Shown: positions 22,896 to 36,934, counted from the first letter of the stretch. The stretch is DNA of 64,000 nucleotides from Lama glama (GCA_028534125.1 CM052817.1:33606001-33670000); one strand, 5' to 3'. Notes: generated by a model from the sequence alone, not told the origin. Program-made: numbers and translations.

Positions 22896-25654
22896 GATTT
22901 TTGGGAGGTCCTGTTAAACAGCAAAATTACCAACAAGTACAAAATTTGGGCAGTGGCACTAATAAACTGCAAATGGTACACTTAATTACTATATAACAGG
23001 TGAAGCATTGCCTTGTTCCACCTCAGATGAGACCATATACCTTGGATGACTCAAATTTTTCCCTCCTCTGCACATGTCCACAAATGACTGAGAAAGTGAG
23101 ATGATCATTGATTTGGGGGTTACAAATAAATTATAGTAACTAGGTGAATTAACAAATATGGAATCTGCAAATAAGAAGGATCAATTATATGGAGAAGTAA
23201 AGTGCATGTGACCATAGCACAGAAGCTGGGAGGGAAAGACAGAAGAATGCTGTTATAAGGATCTCCTGCAATAGATTAAGTTCTTACACTGTATGTGGTA
23301 TAATATTACTTGGAGGGAGACTGACAGTAAGGATGCATACTGTAAACCCCAAAGCAACAATCAAACCAAGTCAAACCAAAGCAGAATAAATGACAAGAGG
23401 CATAATGAATAGGCTACCAAGGACGGTAAGATGGAATAATAAAAAGTAATTCTAGAGGGGTATCAAGGAATAAAGGAACGAAAAAGTTCATTAGTGAAGG
23501 CATAATGATTGAAGAAAGAAATACAGCAAATTTGACGTGTTGTTTCATATTCTGAGCATATTATGAGAAGGACAACTGGAATTCCTTATGGGAGGACAGC
23601 AGGGACAGGCAGTCTTTCTACTCGTGTCCTGGTCTCCTCTTCCCAAGGATGGTGATGAGTCTGTCCTCCCCTCCTGTAATCCTAATGACCAAAAGCTCAC
23701 ATTGTTGAGGGACGACTGGCCTGGGAAATGGCAGCTTTTAGTCTAGGAAAACTTTTTTTCCCCATGTGATTAGTTTGTGATAATTAGCTGGTGTTATCAA
23801 GCAGAAATGGCTTTAGCTATGTTTTAAATAAACGATGCCAGGCTACTGAGTAATACCAACATATTTCCATAGGATTAACTGAAAGCAAACTTCAAAAAAC
23901 TGCTCCTGGACTTATGCCCAGAGCCAATGTGTATAGCTTCTCTAAATAGATGAGGATTATATTAGTAAATATGAAAAGTGCAGCTCAAAGAGTCCAAAGA
24001 CATGGCTTTAGAAATTATACTTTTTAAAATGCCTGAAAATGTCGTCACCCAAATACAGAGATAATGCTTACTGAGACAGAGTTTTAGAAATGTGAAGTAA
24101 TGTGTGTAAAATTGCTTCTTAAAACAGTAAACAACTAAGAAAATAATCACAAAGAATAAGCTTAATCAAAGAGTAAGAATCATCACAAAATGATTTTGGC
24201 TTTTATGACCTGTTCAGTTTTGAGAAGCATAGGAACAAGTTCACACTCAGAATGCATTCTTGGTCAGTGTCAGGGTTACTTTTATAATTATTTTTGAATT
24301 TTAGCTTCCTCTTCCCATACATACAGAGATATTCAAGACATGGGTACATACCAAATGTTTGTGTTTTCTAAAAAAACTTTCCCCCATGTTGAAAGCTTTA
24401 TAGCACCAAACAATTTCCTTTTAATTGTTTTGGTTTCCTAGACTTTCCTTGTGGAGTTGAAGTTGGTAAATCTCTTTCTCAAAGCACACTGCACCAGGTC
24501 TGGTCTTAGAGGTAGCCATACCTTAGCCAAAATTCCTTTCTAAACTTCTATTTCTGATAAAAATTTTTAGTATGCTAGAAACAGAAATAAATTGTTTTGA
24601 ATTAATAAAGGATATTTGTCAGAAACTCATATCTTATTGAATGGTGAAACATTCACACTATCCTCATTAAAGTAGGGAACAAGAAAAGCTGCCCGTTTTA
24701 ATCATTTTACTTAACCATTTTCTGTAGGTTCTAGCAAGCCATAAGAAAAGAAAGTGAATCAAGAACTACCAATATTAAAAAGGAAGTGATTAAATTATAT
24801 ATTATAGTTTCTATTTGAATATAAGTTATCTACAACATAATTAATACACTATAATCATATTATTAATTTATTTCTTATATTAATTATATAATATGACATA
24901 ATTATTATATATAATCATGATGTATTATATATGTATACACAAAGAGTTAAACTGTTACTCAGAAGCATAGGAAAAGTTTCCAGAAAAGTTTCCAAACTTT
25001 TGAACTCAGCAGTGCAATAGCATTTCTCAAAAACCTTATTCAATGCGCAGAGGGTATGGACTTTCAGTTTACTGAGAAATTCACACATCTGTAAGAAATT
25101 GTGCAAATGAAACTGAAATCACAGGAGGTGCATAGTCACAATGTACCAAATGTGTAGCTAAAAAGATTATACATTTTATTTTAATTATTTGTTGGGAAAT
25201 AGTTCATTGTCTATAATGTATGAATTTTTGTTTTAATCTGTCAACTTCTGAGGAAGGGAGTATAAAAGGACACAATTTTTTAAGGTATATTTTATAACCC
25301 CTAGAACCCTTTGATCAGAGGAGTTAACAACAAAACATATCTATAGAACTGAAATTCAGAATACAGTATTAAAAAAAAAAGTGATTTTTGTGGGCCTAAG
25401 TGGATTTTGAATTTACAGTCTTGTTCTCTAATAGACCTTGAATTTAAAATAAAGAAATAGGATATCTTTTTTCTTTATATTGCTTTTGAAGCACTACAAA
25501 TGAAATTATATCTTCCTTAGAACACTCATAAAGCTATACAATTTCATAAGCTATATTTGAAAATAAGGGTTACTTTCAAGCTTATCAAGAACTTCAAAAC
25601 ATTTCACCTTCTTTAAGGTGGAATTTGTGCATGAAAAGAGCATTATATAGAAAA

Positions 25655-25835
25655 TAAGGGCCTACCTGGCTTTTTGCTCTGGCTCCTTTTCATATGAGCT
25701 GTGTGTCCTTGGGCAACTGTTTAATCTCTCTGATCTTCAGTTTTCTTCATCTGTAAAGTTGAGGGAGTGGTGGAAATTAAATGAGATGATACATGCACAG
25801 TGCTTTGTAAGCTACAAAACACTGTACAAATACTG
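25655..25835 (+). mobile_element. MIR SINE
   Basis: AGCTGTGTGTCCTTGGGCAAC..TTAATCTCTCTGATCTTCAGTTTTC..CATCTGTAAA..ATTAAATGAGATGA. Confidence 0.75.
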
Positions 25836-25929
25836 AATTATGAGCCAGGTTTTTTCAAATTCCAACAGCTATGAGAAGAATAAAAATAGAAGACACAATA
25901 TTTATATTATCTGTTTTATGCAATGAACA

Positions 25930-26012
25930 AGAAGATGGCCAGGATGGTGAAAGATGTCAAGACCTTAGTCATCAGAGATGTGGTTGAAGGAACTAAGGCT
26001 GTTAATCTGAAA
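25930..26012 (+). mobile_element. CR1/L3 LINE ORF2 3' remnant
   Basis: GGCCAGGATGGTGAAAG..TGGTTGAAGGAACTAAGGCTGTT resembles the CR1 'RMVKGL..RLKELGLFSL' region. Confidence 0.5.
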
Positions 26013-27794
26013 TATCTGTTTCATCCAGACATGTTATCACCTCTCCTCACCCATTTTCCTCTCATAATAACATTCCCTTAGTCTAAAAATCAGAAAGAGC
26101 AAAGGCTTACATGTTCAGGTGAGGTCCTTAGCTGACTTCTTTGTGCTTACAGAATCCTTTCAATCTGTAAGAGGGGTAGGGGGCATTTGGATATAGTCTT
26201 AAAACAAAAGTCAACAAGCAGATCTTGGGGGCAAGCTGAAGAAAACGGAAATGGAGCAGGAGGACATCAGACAGAAGTTGAACCTCTGAGGCACACTTGG
26301 ACTGAAGGTATTGAGTGGCAGGTCTGGATGCCCTGGGGAATTCTCAGAAGACGATGGCTAGCAATGGTAATGTGGTATGGGAAGCTGATGTCTAGTTAGA
26401 AAATTACTCAGGAATGCACAAATTAAGATTGATGTTTGGAGCTCCAATTTCCATACTTTCTATTGTTTCTCTTCTCTCATAATAACCAGTCTCTCTTTCT
26501 ACCTCTAATTCAATCAAGTAAGACACAGTGAGTTTAATGAGTTTTGATTTTTCCCAGTCAGGAAGACCTGTCAATATTTCATAGGTAAGCAGAAAGAGGC
26601 AGTAAAATAGCCCTATTAAAATATTTTAGTCACTTCTGAGGAACCAAAGACAGGTTCCTTTTTGCAAAGCTTTATTCTCTTTGTATGAATTTCTCTCTTT
26701 GCTGATTTGTCTTTTGTGATTACTCAAAGATCAGGCAGCTCACATAATGCACATGAGTCAGTTTTATGGAGACAGCGGGGCAGCCTGTTGGCTTGTCTTC
26801 ATAGCTGTCAAGCTGTAATTAATTTGTCAAAAAAATTTCAGCTGGCTACCTGTTTACAGCACAAGCAAGTGGTTGCTGGTATCAAACTATTTGTGAATAC
26901 AGAATTTTTGCACATTTCTTTGGCTAAAATGGCATCATTTATAAAAAGACTATTGGTATATATTCCTAGAAAAATTTGTTGTATTTCAAATGGACTTAAA
27001 AAAAAAAAACACTCTTCACACCAAAGTCTTATTTGCTATTTAAAGACCTATTTGTTTTAGCTGCCTACCTGTGTTGGGTGACAAAGGACAGTACCTCTTC
27101 CTGTAAACCATTTTAATATTCCTGTTTCTCAAGAGAAATTTTCCCTAAGTAAACATGATTATTGGTGCTGGGGTGCTGTATTTTGTAATTATAGTTTAAA
27201 AATCACTCCTTGTCTTACATTCCTCTTCATATATATATGCTATATAATCTATATGTATGATATATAGTCCATATTTTTTTCATCTTTTCATACATCCTAC
27301 ATGCAGAGAACCACAATTCTACAAATGACTGAAGTGAACATATTTTATGATATATTTATTTCTGTCTCCAAGCTCTGAGAGAAAAACTGGCTAGAAGCCA
27401 ATGACTATTAAGAACTCATTTCTTGCCAAGCAGCTACTGTATTTCTTCAAAACATCATAGACTTGCTTGTAACAACTTGGAAAGTAGATTAAAATCACTA
27501 CCATCCTTTCCCACCCCACCAGCAATTTTACATTTCAATGCCTCCACTGAACACTTTAGGAATAATCCACAGGACTCAGAATTTTCAAATTTAATTTGCA
27601 GGCTAGAAAGTTGAACGATAGGGATGTAAACTCTTGGAAGATTTAACTAAACTCCTTTTCCTTCTGCCCCTAAGTGTAGGCATTCCCTAAGATTCTGTCC
27701 TTCTCTTGTTCTTCATTCTTCTTCAGGGCTCTCACTTCTCCCATGGGATCAATGATGCCTTTTACAAGGACAATTGACAGATCTAAGATCTCTT

Positions 27795-28292
27795 TTTCCC
27801 GGTGGTAAAATATATACAACATAAAATTTATCATGTTAATCATTTTTCCAGTGTTTCCTTCAGAGGCATTACATACATTCAAATTGTTGTGCAACCATCA
27901 CCACCATTCATCTCCAGAAGTTTTTGTCTTCCCAAATTGAAACTCTATCCATTAAACAATCATTCTTCATTCTCTCCTCCCCACAGCCCCTGGCAACCAC
28001 CATTCCACTTTCTGTCTCCATGAATTTGACTACTGTAGGAACCTCATGTAAGTGGAATCATACAGTATTTACCTTTTTGTGAATGGCTTTTTCACTTAGT
28101 ATAATGTCTTTCAAGGTTCATTCATATTTGTAGCATGTTTCAGACTTCTATTCCTTTTTAAGGCTGAATATTTCATTGTATGTATATGCTACCTTGCTTA
28201 TCCACTCATTTGTTGATGGACATCTGGGTTGTTTCCACCTTTTGGCTATTGTGGATAATGCTGCTGTGAACATGGGTGTACAAGTATCTATT
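27795..28292 (-). mobile_element. LINE-1 3' fragment
   Basis: Minus-strand ORF includes DTCTPMFTAALSTIAKRWKQPRCPSTNEWI (L1 ORF2 C-terminus), plus the typical 3'UTR. Confidence 0.9.
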
Positions 28293-28983
28293 TTAATGTC
28301 TCTTCTAGCAACCTCTGTCCTGAGCATCATGGCCACATTTCCAAATGTTGCTGGATACTTTTGCTTAGCTGTGCCATGGCTGATCACTCCTTCTAAATGA
28401 AACCCATTCCCCTAGCAACTCAGGCTTAAGACATACAAGGTATCTTTTACTTTTCATCCACTTTTAGCAACACTACCTAAACACAGCCCTTAATATTTCT
28501 GATTAATATATTAATATCCTTAATTAATTAATTAGAAACCTCCATTAAATAGGCTGTGTGTTTTCCTGCCCCAATATCATAGCTATGCCATTATCTGTAC
28601 TTGGAGAACCCTTCTTTCCCTCTGCATCTCTCACCATCTCCTTTAGACATTTCCTGTGCACTCTAGCACACACTAATTTCTCCCTTTCCTCCATCTCTTT
28701 AGCAATTATTACAAATTTTTCTTCTGGTCCTAGGCAAATAACTGCCTTGGAATTATTTGTCCATCTTGGAGATTGTACATCTTGGAGAGCAAGGACTACA
28801 TCACTTACTTATCAATTCTACAGTGACTGGCTATCTACTATGTTTTTGGCTCTGTGCAAGCGTTATAAACTGGCATGCAGCATGCTTTTAAGATGCTCAC
28901 ATTTAAGTGAAGATGTAACACAAAAGCAAATCATTACAATTCAACATAAAAATGGCTTTAGTGTTAATGCTTTTTCAAGAAAA

Positions 28984-29325
28984 TTTTTATTGAAGTATAG
29001 TCAGTTACAATGTATCAATTTCTGGTGTACAGCATAATGTTCCAGTCATGTATATATATACATATATTTGTTTTCATGTTCTTTTTCATTAAAGGTTATT
29101 ACAAGGTATTGAATGTAGTTCCCTGTGCTATACAGAAGAAACTTTTAAAAAGTCTACTTTTACAGACAGTGGCTAACATTTGCAAATCTCAACCACCCAA
29201 AATTTATCCCTTCCCTTCCCTTTTCCCTCAGTAACCATTAGATTGTTTACTATGTCTATGAGTCTGTTTCTGTTTTGTAGATTGTAGTTTTGATTTGCAT
29301 TTCTCTAATAATTAGCAATATTGAG
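28984..29325 (-). mobile_element. Young cetartiodactyl/camelid-type L1 3' end
   Basis: TTTTTATTGAAGTATAGTCAGTTACAATG..GGTTATTACAAGGTATTGAATGTAGTTCCCTGTGCTATACAG. Confidence 0.8.
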
Positions 29326-30837
29326 CAGAAATGGCTTTAGAAAAGCCTTGGGCAGAAAAAGAGTCCCTAACTCTACCTGAAGGAATTGAAGGCGGCTTAT
29401 ATTTCTTGACATTTCCACAATGACAAATGGCCTGCTGAAAATCAGAGAAGTTCCTTGTAGGTGATAATTCATGATTTTCACAATGGCTTTTTTTGGTATC
29501 CCTAGAGAAGCCATTAGCCTTTTCATGCATTTGCCTCCAGGATCTAGCCGTACGTTTTGAACTACTAATTGTTAGGGGAAACAGTCTGGACCTAAGGAAT
29601 TGGAATGATAACTCTCACCCACAATTTCACTTTATGATGGATGCATGTAAATGCCCCTCCCTGGGAGGCAGTGCCCCTGTGGGCAGAGAAGGGTCAGGAT
29701 ACAAGGTCTACATCCCAGAATCCTAGACGGTTGATGTGGGACGTGTGATTTGGAGAGTAACACAGGTGGCAGCACTCAGGTATCATTCAGTTCTCAAGAG
29801 AAGGCAGGGTACAAATTTGAGATTTTTTTTTTTTTCTTCAGGGATTCCAGGTATATTTTCTGGAGAGAAAGATATAATAATAGTGATAAACTTTATATGC
29901 TTGCTGACTATTTTTTTTCCCTTAGTGCCTATCAGATTGTCTGGCACATAACAGTTCATCAAATATTGCTGTAGAAATTCCAAAAATTATCCTACTTGAA
30001 TTCACTACAATTTCAGGGAGTCTAACTCAACCTTTTCATCTGTTTATTGTCTTTTTACAATCTCCTAGGTTATCTAATTAAGTGTTGCCATTATGAGTTC
30101 AAGTTCTCAACTATAATATCCTCCATGTAAAATTATAAAGTATTGATCTAACTTTGTCCTGATTTCTGGACATTCTTTAACTGTGATAGATTATGTCATT
30201 TCTGATAGGGGTGGGAAACTGATAAAGAGCTATCTTCACTCCACTTCTCTTCTCAGGAGACCCACACCCCAAAGCCTGCTCAATACAGCTGGTTTCATAG
30301 GTTAAAGAAGGATAAACCTTTTCTTGCCTCTGAAACAAAAAGCAAGCTTGAAAATCTGCCCCTACTGGGACATCATCCCAGCTCATTAATGCTGTGCCTA
30401 CTGATGGTCCTCACCTGTCTGTTCAGTTAAATGTGAGGCTGTTCATTTCTCCATCCATCAACAATCACTTGAAAGTCTACATGAGGGGCCCTGGATAAAT
30501 CAAACAAATGGTGTTTACCTTTACGGAGCTGATAATCCCGTGGAGGACACAGACAAAGTTAAGTCACAAGAGAAAAGAAATTAGAAACTGTGATAAGTTC
30601 TATGAAGGAAGCACAGATGCCAGTGACAGAGAAAAAGAAAAAAAGGGTCCTCTGAATTTGCTCAGAGAAGGGCGTTCCAAGGAGGTGACATTTAAGTTGA
30701 CAGAAAGATGAGAAGGTGTCAGACATCCTTCAAGTAGAGGGAAGATTGTCCCACGGAAGACAGAGCAGTGTGTGTGAGGGCCCTGGTGGGGTGGGCTGGT
30801 AGAGAGGGGAGCTACAGAGCACAAACCCAGAGCACAA

Positions 30838-31030
30838 GGGGCAGTATGTTATGGTTGATAAAGAGTACAGACTGGTACCAGAATCCCCAGGTTCGAGTCC
30901 CAATTCAGTCTCTTACTAATGTTGTAACCTCATATGAGTTGCAAGTTCCATGCCTCTGTTTCCTTATCTATAAAAAGGGAATTAAAAATAATACCTATCT
31001 TACAGGATTTCAAGAGAAGCCATAGTTTTT
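30838..31030 (+). mobile_element. MIR SINE
   Basis: GGCAGTATG..TGGTTGATAAAGAG..GGTTCGAGTCCCA..CCTCTGTTTCCTTATCTATAAAA..TAATACCTATCTTACAGGATT. Confidence 0.75.
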
Positions 31031-31499
31031 TATATAAAATTTCCCAATTTTTAAACTTTGTCCACTAATTTTAAAAGAATGTTTAAAGATACTGAGCGAG
31101 TGAAAGCTGTTTTTGAATTCATTATGGCTTGAGGCTTACCAGTTTGCAGCCTTTTTAAATTCAGGGCCTCCTGTGCCATACTACATGGTTTTGATTTTTC
31201 CCTCATGTGTTGTGGGAATTCACTGAGGTGACATGGCTCCATCTATGTTTTAAAGATGCTGTGACTGTCTACCAGAAATGGGTTAGAGAGGGCAACAGTG
31301 AGGCAGTAAGACCTTGGAGGCCTTTGATGCAGTTTCTGGAAGGACTCCAGAACACTTTAATGACCTAACTCAGCTTTCTTTCCCCAGTTGCTTTCGTTTC
31401 TATCTGACCCATCCAGAGTCCCTTTAGTCCAGAGTCATTCATTGTGAGATTGTCCCAGACCTTCAGTCATTCACTTAAAAAAGAAAAAAGACTATATAT

Positions 31500-31762
31500 A
31501 TATTTTTAGAACAGGTTTAGGCTCATAGCAAATTTGAGCATAAGGTACAGATTTTCCACATGCCCTCAGCCCCTGTACATGCATAGTGTCCCCCATTTTC
31601 AACCTCTCCTACTAGAGGGGTGCATTTGTTCCAGCTGATGAACCTACACTGACACATCACTGTCACCCTAAGTCCCTAGCTCACATTAGGGTTCACTCTT
31701 GGTATTATCCACCCTATGGGTTTGGATAACTGTGTAATGCCACCATTATAGCATCATACATT
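31500..31762 (-). mobile_element. Old LINE-1 3' end (L1MB/MC-like)
   Basis: TTTTAGAACAGGTTTAGG..GATGAACCTACACTGACACATCA..CACATTAGGGTTCACTCTTGGT. Confidence 0.75.
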
Positions 31763-33996
31763 CAACATGAGAATTCACACATGGTAAAATTATTTGTCTC
31801 TAAGTCTCATTGATTTTATGGTAGACTAGGAATTTTCAACAATCACGAGACTTATTAGGAAAATTTTACAAATGAGAAAATCTAACTACAACTAATTTTG
31901 CAACGCAGTGAAATGTGTGTGAATACTAAGTAATAGTGATATAATGCAATGTTTTTTAAACATTTAATTACCATTCATTCATTTTGATTTTATTAATTAA
32001 AAAAAATTCAGGTCTGAAATTTCTTCCATGCACCCTGAGCCCGAGAACCTTAGGCTTTGAGCCCAGTGGCCTGAAGCATGGGCTAGCTCCACACTCCCCA
32101 GTCCCAGTTCTCCCAGTCTGTCTATCCCACCTCTCCCAGTCCCTGCAGGCTGGAGCCATGTTCTGAATCTCTGCCCAGGGCTGGGCCTCTATAGCTTTGC
32201 CTTCCTTTTGCCAGCTGCAGGAGGCTGGAGGTTTGCCCCACAGTTCAAGGGACAGAGTCCTAGGAAACCATCCCAGAAGATCTGACCTGCTCACCTGCCT
32301 CCTCAGTATTGTCAGCCACTGGATCCCCCTCCCCTTAGCCTGGGAACCCGGGGGCCAGTAAAGGCCCAAGGGCCAGATCTATTATGCTTCTTGGACACTG
32401 TGCCTGCCCAGGCAGCACCATTTCAGTTATCCAGCCTCCCTTCAACTCTGAAACTCAAGGTTGAAATGGAACCATTCTGCCTTCTCTGAATCCTTTTTCC
32501 CACTTCCTCTCCAACTGACCATCTGGGACTGAGTTCCTTTACATTTGCTTGTGGGATTATTTGGATTGAAGTCTGTCTCCTTTGCTATAGTATAAACTCT
32601 GCAACGTCAGGGTCCAAAACGGGTTTCGCACAGCATTATATCCCAGTCTAACACAACGCTAGGTACTCAGTAGGTTCTCAAAAAATATTTATAAGATAAA
32701 TGGATGATACTGAGATGCTTTTTCTATTCTGCCTTGTTCTCTTTTGTCTCTTCCCCTTTCCATGTTCTCCCAGTTCCTCTACTTTCTTGTCTTCCTCAAA
32801 TTCTTAATCTAATCTCTTTACCTGACAAGAGATATTTTCGCTTTCCTTGTTAATGTATTTTGAAGCAGAGAACTGCTATTTTTCCCTCCAAATTTTTGTC
32901 TTCCTTTTCAAATGCGTAGTCTTATAATGCTGTTCCCCCACAAAAGTAACTTCAGCAAATGGAATCATGAAATGGATGCATAATACTTTGAAACACAGTA
33001 ACATTGAAAGAAAAAATGAGAGGAAAAAGAGAAGAACTCTGCTTTGATCTGGAAAAAAGACAGTGGGAAATATGTGCCAAATTTTTAAAACTTAGAAACT
33101 AGAACATTCTGATGTTCTAAGTCTCTCAAAAGTTTATAAATATATTTTCCTTTGGAAACTGGTTGCATGTGAAATTATTTTCATGCTTCAAATTCATTTT
33201 GGTCTTTTAGCCTAAGTAAGCTACTGAAGCAGAAATTGTTAGAAAATTCTTGTCAGGGTTAGATATGGCAATAATCCATTAATCTATGCCTCTTTAAGGT
33301 GAGACTATTTCTGGAGTAAAAGTTTTTAATTCCTAAAATGTTTGTCATCTGAGGACCTCCAATTAACAGCAGATACAAATGATTTTACTTTCTTGTGGAC
33401 AAAATGTAATATTTTGTATTAGTAGTGTTTCTTCTGGAAGCTCTAGCCAAGTTCACTGTCAGCCTTGTGAGGCAGGGAGGGACGTATGCACTTAGACCAA
33501 GAGACTTTCTATTTTGCAAGGGAAGCAGTGGATACCAAGAAGTAAAGTTACCCGACAGCATTTTTTAGAGGAACAAATAAAACTATGGAGAACTCTAGGA
33601 AAGCCCAGATTTCCCTTCTGGGGATCATTAACTCTGAGGAATTAATGGAAAAGTGAAAGCTTGGTTTGTCCACATTGCCAAGTTTTTAACCCTTTATCTT
33701 ACTTAGAATACTGGACTATTCCCTACTCTTTTATACTATTAGGGCATACATTTAGAGAAGCTTTCCTGGCATTTGGTGTCAGTCAAACATGGAGAAAGCG
33801 GAGTGTGGCAGAAGCAGTAGGCAGCTGAGTTCCCTCGAGTCCTGGCTCTGCCAACAATGGGCTGTGTGCCCTCGGACACGTCATTCACTCCTCCAACCTC
33901 AGCTCCTTGACCAGTAAGAAGAGGTGGAACAAATGATCATGAAGCCATTTTTTTTAGCTGTAACCATCAACACCCTGACTCTTTTCCTTTATTTAC

Positions 33997-34129
33997 TTTT
34001 TTGTTTTGTTTTGTTTGGGGGGGTAATTAGGTTTATTTATTTATTATTATATTTAATGGAAGCACTGGAGATTGAACCCAGGACCTCGTGCATGCTAAGC
34101 ACACACTCTACCACTGAGCCACTCCCCCC
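33997..34129 (-). mobile_element. tRNA-derived SINE (camelid Vic-1-like)
   Basis: Reverse complement reads GCTCAGTGGTAGAG (A box)..GCTTAGCATGCACGAGGTCCTGGGTTCAATC (B box)..AAATAAATAAACCTAATTACCCCCCC followed by an A-rich tail. Confidence 0.85.
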
Positions 34130-34679
34130 AGGAGGCTGTTTTGTTCTTTATAATGGGCTTACAAGAGACACCTCATGAGAGAAGATGTGAAGTCACAATT
34201 GATACACATGCCTTTCTCCCTTCTGATTTTGTTGGGCATCTAATGACTCCTTGGTTCTAAGAAATGTTCTGCTTTTTGTGTTTCCTCACAAAAAAGGAGC
34301 AGCTAACCACCAGGCTGGGTCATAAAAGAGTGGCCATCCTGCTCAGCAGTGGGAAATCCTTTTGTGCGTCAGGGGCAGAATTGCTGGCTGACAGGTAAAG
34401 GCACTGCATGGGGTGCCTGAACGTTGTTGCCCGGATTAACCAGCTGCCAGGATCTTGACTGCACACCATGGGGACAGTGAATGACTGCCTTTCACTCTGC
34501 TTCGCTGTTAAATCATACCAATGTATGTGTACCAAATTTCTAGAGAAAAACGTGTACAGTATGGGGAACATAGTGACACCCAAAGGCACTGTCCTAGTGA
34601 GATCTGAATGGGCACAGAGGAATGTGCTCTTTCTCTTTGGGGTGTGTAGCTTGTCCTCCTTTTTTTTTTTTTTTTCTTT

Positions 34680-35179
34680 NNNNNNNNNNNNNNNNNNNNN
34701 NNNNNNNNNNNNNNNNNNNNNNNNNNNNNNNNNNNNNNNNNNNNNNNNNNNNNNNNNNNNNNNNNNNNNNNNNNNNNNNNNNNNNNNNNNNNNNNNNNNN
34801 NNNNNNNNNNNNNNNNNNNNNNNNNNNNNNNNNNNNNNNNNNNNNNNNNNNNNNNNNNNNNNNNNNNNNNNNNNNNNNNNNNNNNNNNNNNNNNNNNNNN
34901 NNNNNNNNNNNNNNNNNNNNNNNNNNNNNNNNNNNNNNNNNNNNNNNNNNNNNNNNNNNNNNNNNNNNNNNNNNNNNNNNNNNNNNNNNNNNNNNNNNNN
35001 NNNNNNNNNNNNNNNNNNNNNNNNNNNNNNNNNNNNNNNNNNNNNNNNNNNNNNNNNNNNNNNNNNNNNNNNNNNNNNNNNNNNNNNNNNNNNNNNNNNN
35101 NNNNNNNNNNNNNNNNNNNNNNNNNNNNNNNNNNNNNNNNNNNNNNNNNNNNNNNNNNNNNNNNNNNNNNNNNNNNNNN
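34680..35179. other. Assembly gap (500 N)
   Basis: Run of N, preceded by a poly-T tract that may be the tail of an unassembled retroelement. Confidence 1.
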
Positions 35180-36934
35180 AGCAAAACTGGGAACTCCACT
35201 GGTTTTTAACACTGAAGTGTTCAGTCATAGCTGGATTTCAGGTCTCAAATAATGTCACCAGAGTCCAGTCCAACTCTTGGCTAGACTTTTCCCTATGTTG
35301 GCCTTGCCATCAAACAGACCCTTCTTGGAAAAGTGAAGGCCAGTGGAACAGCCGGCCTAATCTTCAAAACTTGCACTTAGCAGCACAGAGAGTACCCACT
35401 GCCTGGTCCCTTCAGCAAAAGTTGTGGGACTGGCTCAGAGCCGGGCTGATTGGGTGAAATGCCATCCCTGAACCAGTCACAGTGGCTGGGGAGGGAGGCA
35501 GGGTGCATGGTTGCTCTGGTTGTCTGCATCTTAGTTAAAGATCAACACAAATATCTGAGATTGTGGTCGACTCCACCTATCTTAGTTGCAGGGACTGAGA
35601 GTCACGGGGGAAGGGGTAACATGTCCAGAGAGAAAGGAGGGATGCCATCACCCCAAGGACAGTGAATTAATGCTGGGCAGGCTAAGAGAAGAAATACTCA
35701 CATTATCCCACAATATGAATCTCTTCATTGAGAACAATAAGTGAAGGAGGACTAGGCAAGCAGAGAGGACCAGGGGATTAACACGTATAGGTTGGATCCT
35801 TCACTAACCCGGGATTACCTTGGATCAAGTACTAAATCAGCTGTCCACATCTCTCATTACTGTCATCATATCACAAATTAGAATTCTTACAAATCCTTAG
35901 GAAAGCTGCTCCTTACAATGAGTACACAGAGTTTTAGTACACTATTGTTTAAATGTTGAAAAGGGTTTCTTTTTTTCTTCTTTCACTGCATTTTGTCTTT
36001 TCATGGTGTGCAATTTTGCTGCATTTATAATCATTATGTACTTTGTTTTGAGAGAAAGCATTTTGTCATAAAAGCTTTTCATACAACCAGAGGAATGATC
36101 AGCTTCACTATCAATATTCTACCACAACCTGTTTTTTTCCCTTGAGATTATTGAAAATTAGTTGCAAAACTCAGATATATAGCAATTGAAAAAGAAAACT
36201 GAAAGCAATTAGATTCTCTTAATCTAGAAATAATTAATTTGTGCATGACAATATTACATACTATAAAAGAGACTCCATGTATTCCTCTTCCTTTTCCTTT
36301 CATAGTTATCATTTAAATCTAGCTTTGTTTGTGATATAATAATGTAGAGCTTGTGCACAAAGTGAGACTAAATTAACGCAAAGACTTCCCTTATGAATAG
36401 GAAAAAATGAATGTTTTTTTTTTAATTTAAAGGAAACTGTATTTAAAATGAAATTTTTGGAAAATATAATAAAGTCAAATATAAATATTGTGAACAGATG
36501 TTTCTTAAGAAACTTCTGAAATGAATAGTCACCATCTGGAACCATTTACAATGAGAAGAAGGTAAGCATGCACCTGCTCCTTTCTTTAAAAAGATGTTAT
36601 CTCTGTACCAAATTATAAACAAGTATGGCACTTTCCATAAAAATGCAATATTCAATTTGCCAAACTGTTTAGAAAAATATTGACAAGAATGTCGATGGTT
36701 TATAAAAGTGTGCTTCTAAAAGGCTTAGTCTCTTTTCAGATTTCTTTGCTTACATGTAATTGTTAAAATTTAATACTCTTCAAAGTGGGTGCATGTTCTA
36801 CATTTTTAAAGACAAGCACAAACCTGGACGGACACTGCTACTGCCACTGCCGCCACCTCACTCAAGATGTCGATTTGCCCTGGACCACAATTTAGATCCT
36901 CCACAATATGAATTGAACCTATAATCCTTACAGC

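Larger units (their letters stand above)
19932..23190. mobile_element. MER82-like Tigger DNA transposon split by L1 insertions
   Basis: Left part GCACATCACAATCTTCTTGCACTTAGGAACACTA (19987-20020). Right part TTAAACAGCAAAATTACCAACAA..TTGATTTGGGGGTTACAAATAAATT..GGAATCTGCAAATAAGAAGGATCAA (22915-23185). Confidence 0.7.

Noticed and set aside
28490..28540. AT-rich palindromes (ATTAATATATTAAT, TTAATTAATTAATTA)
   Set aside because: Low-complexity AT sequence between repeats, expected by chance.
28558..29037. 159-aa ORF
   Set aside because: GTG start, and it spans L2-like and L1 repeat sequence with no coding signature.
34320..35457. Long ORFs (195-329 aa) in the ORF track
   Set aside because: Artefacts of reading through the 500-N assembly gap.
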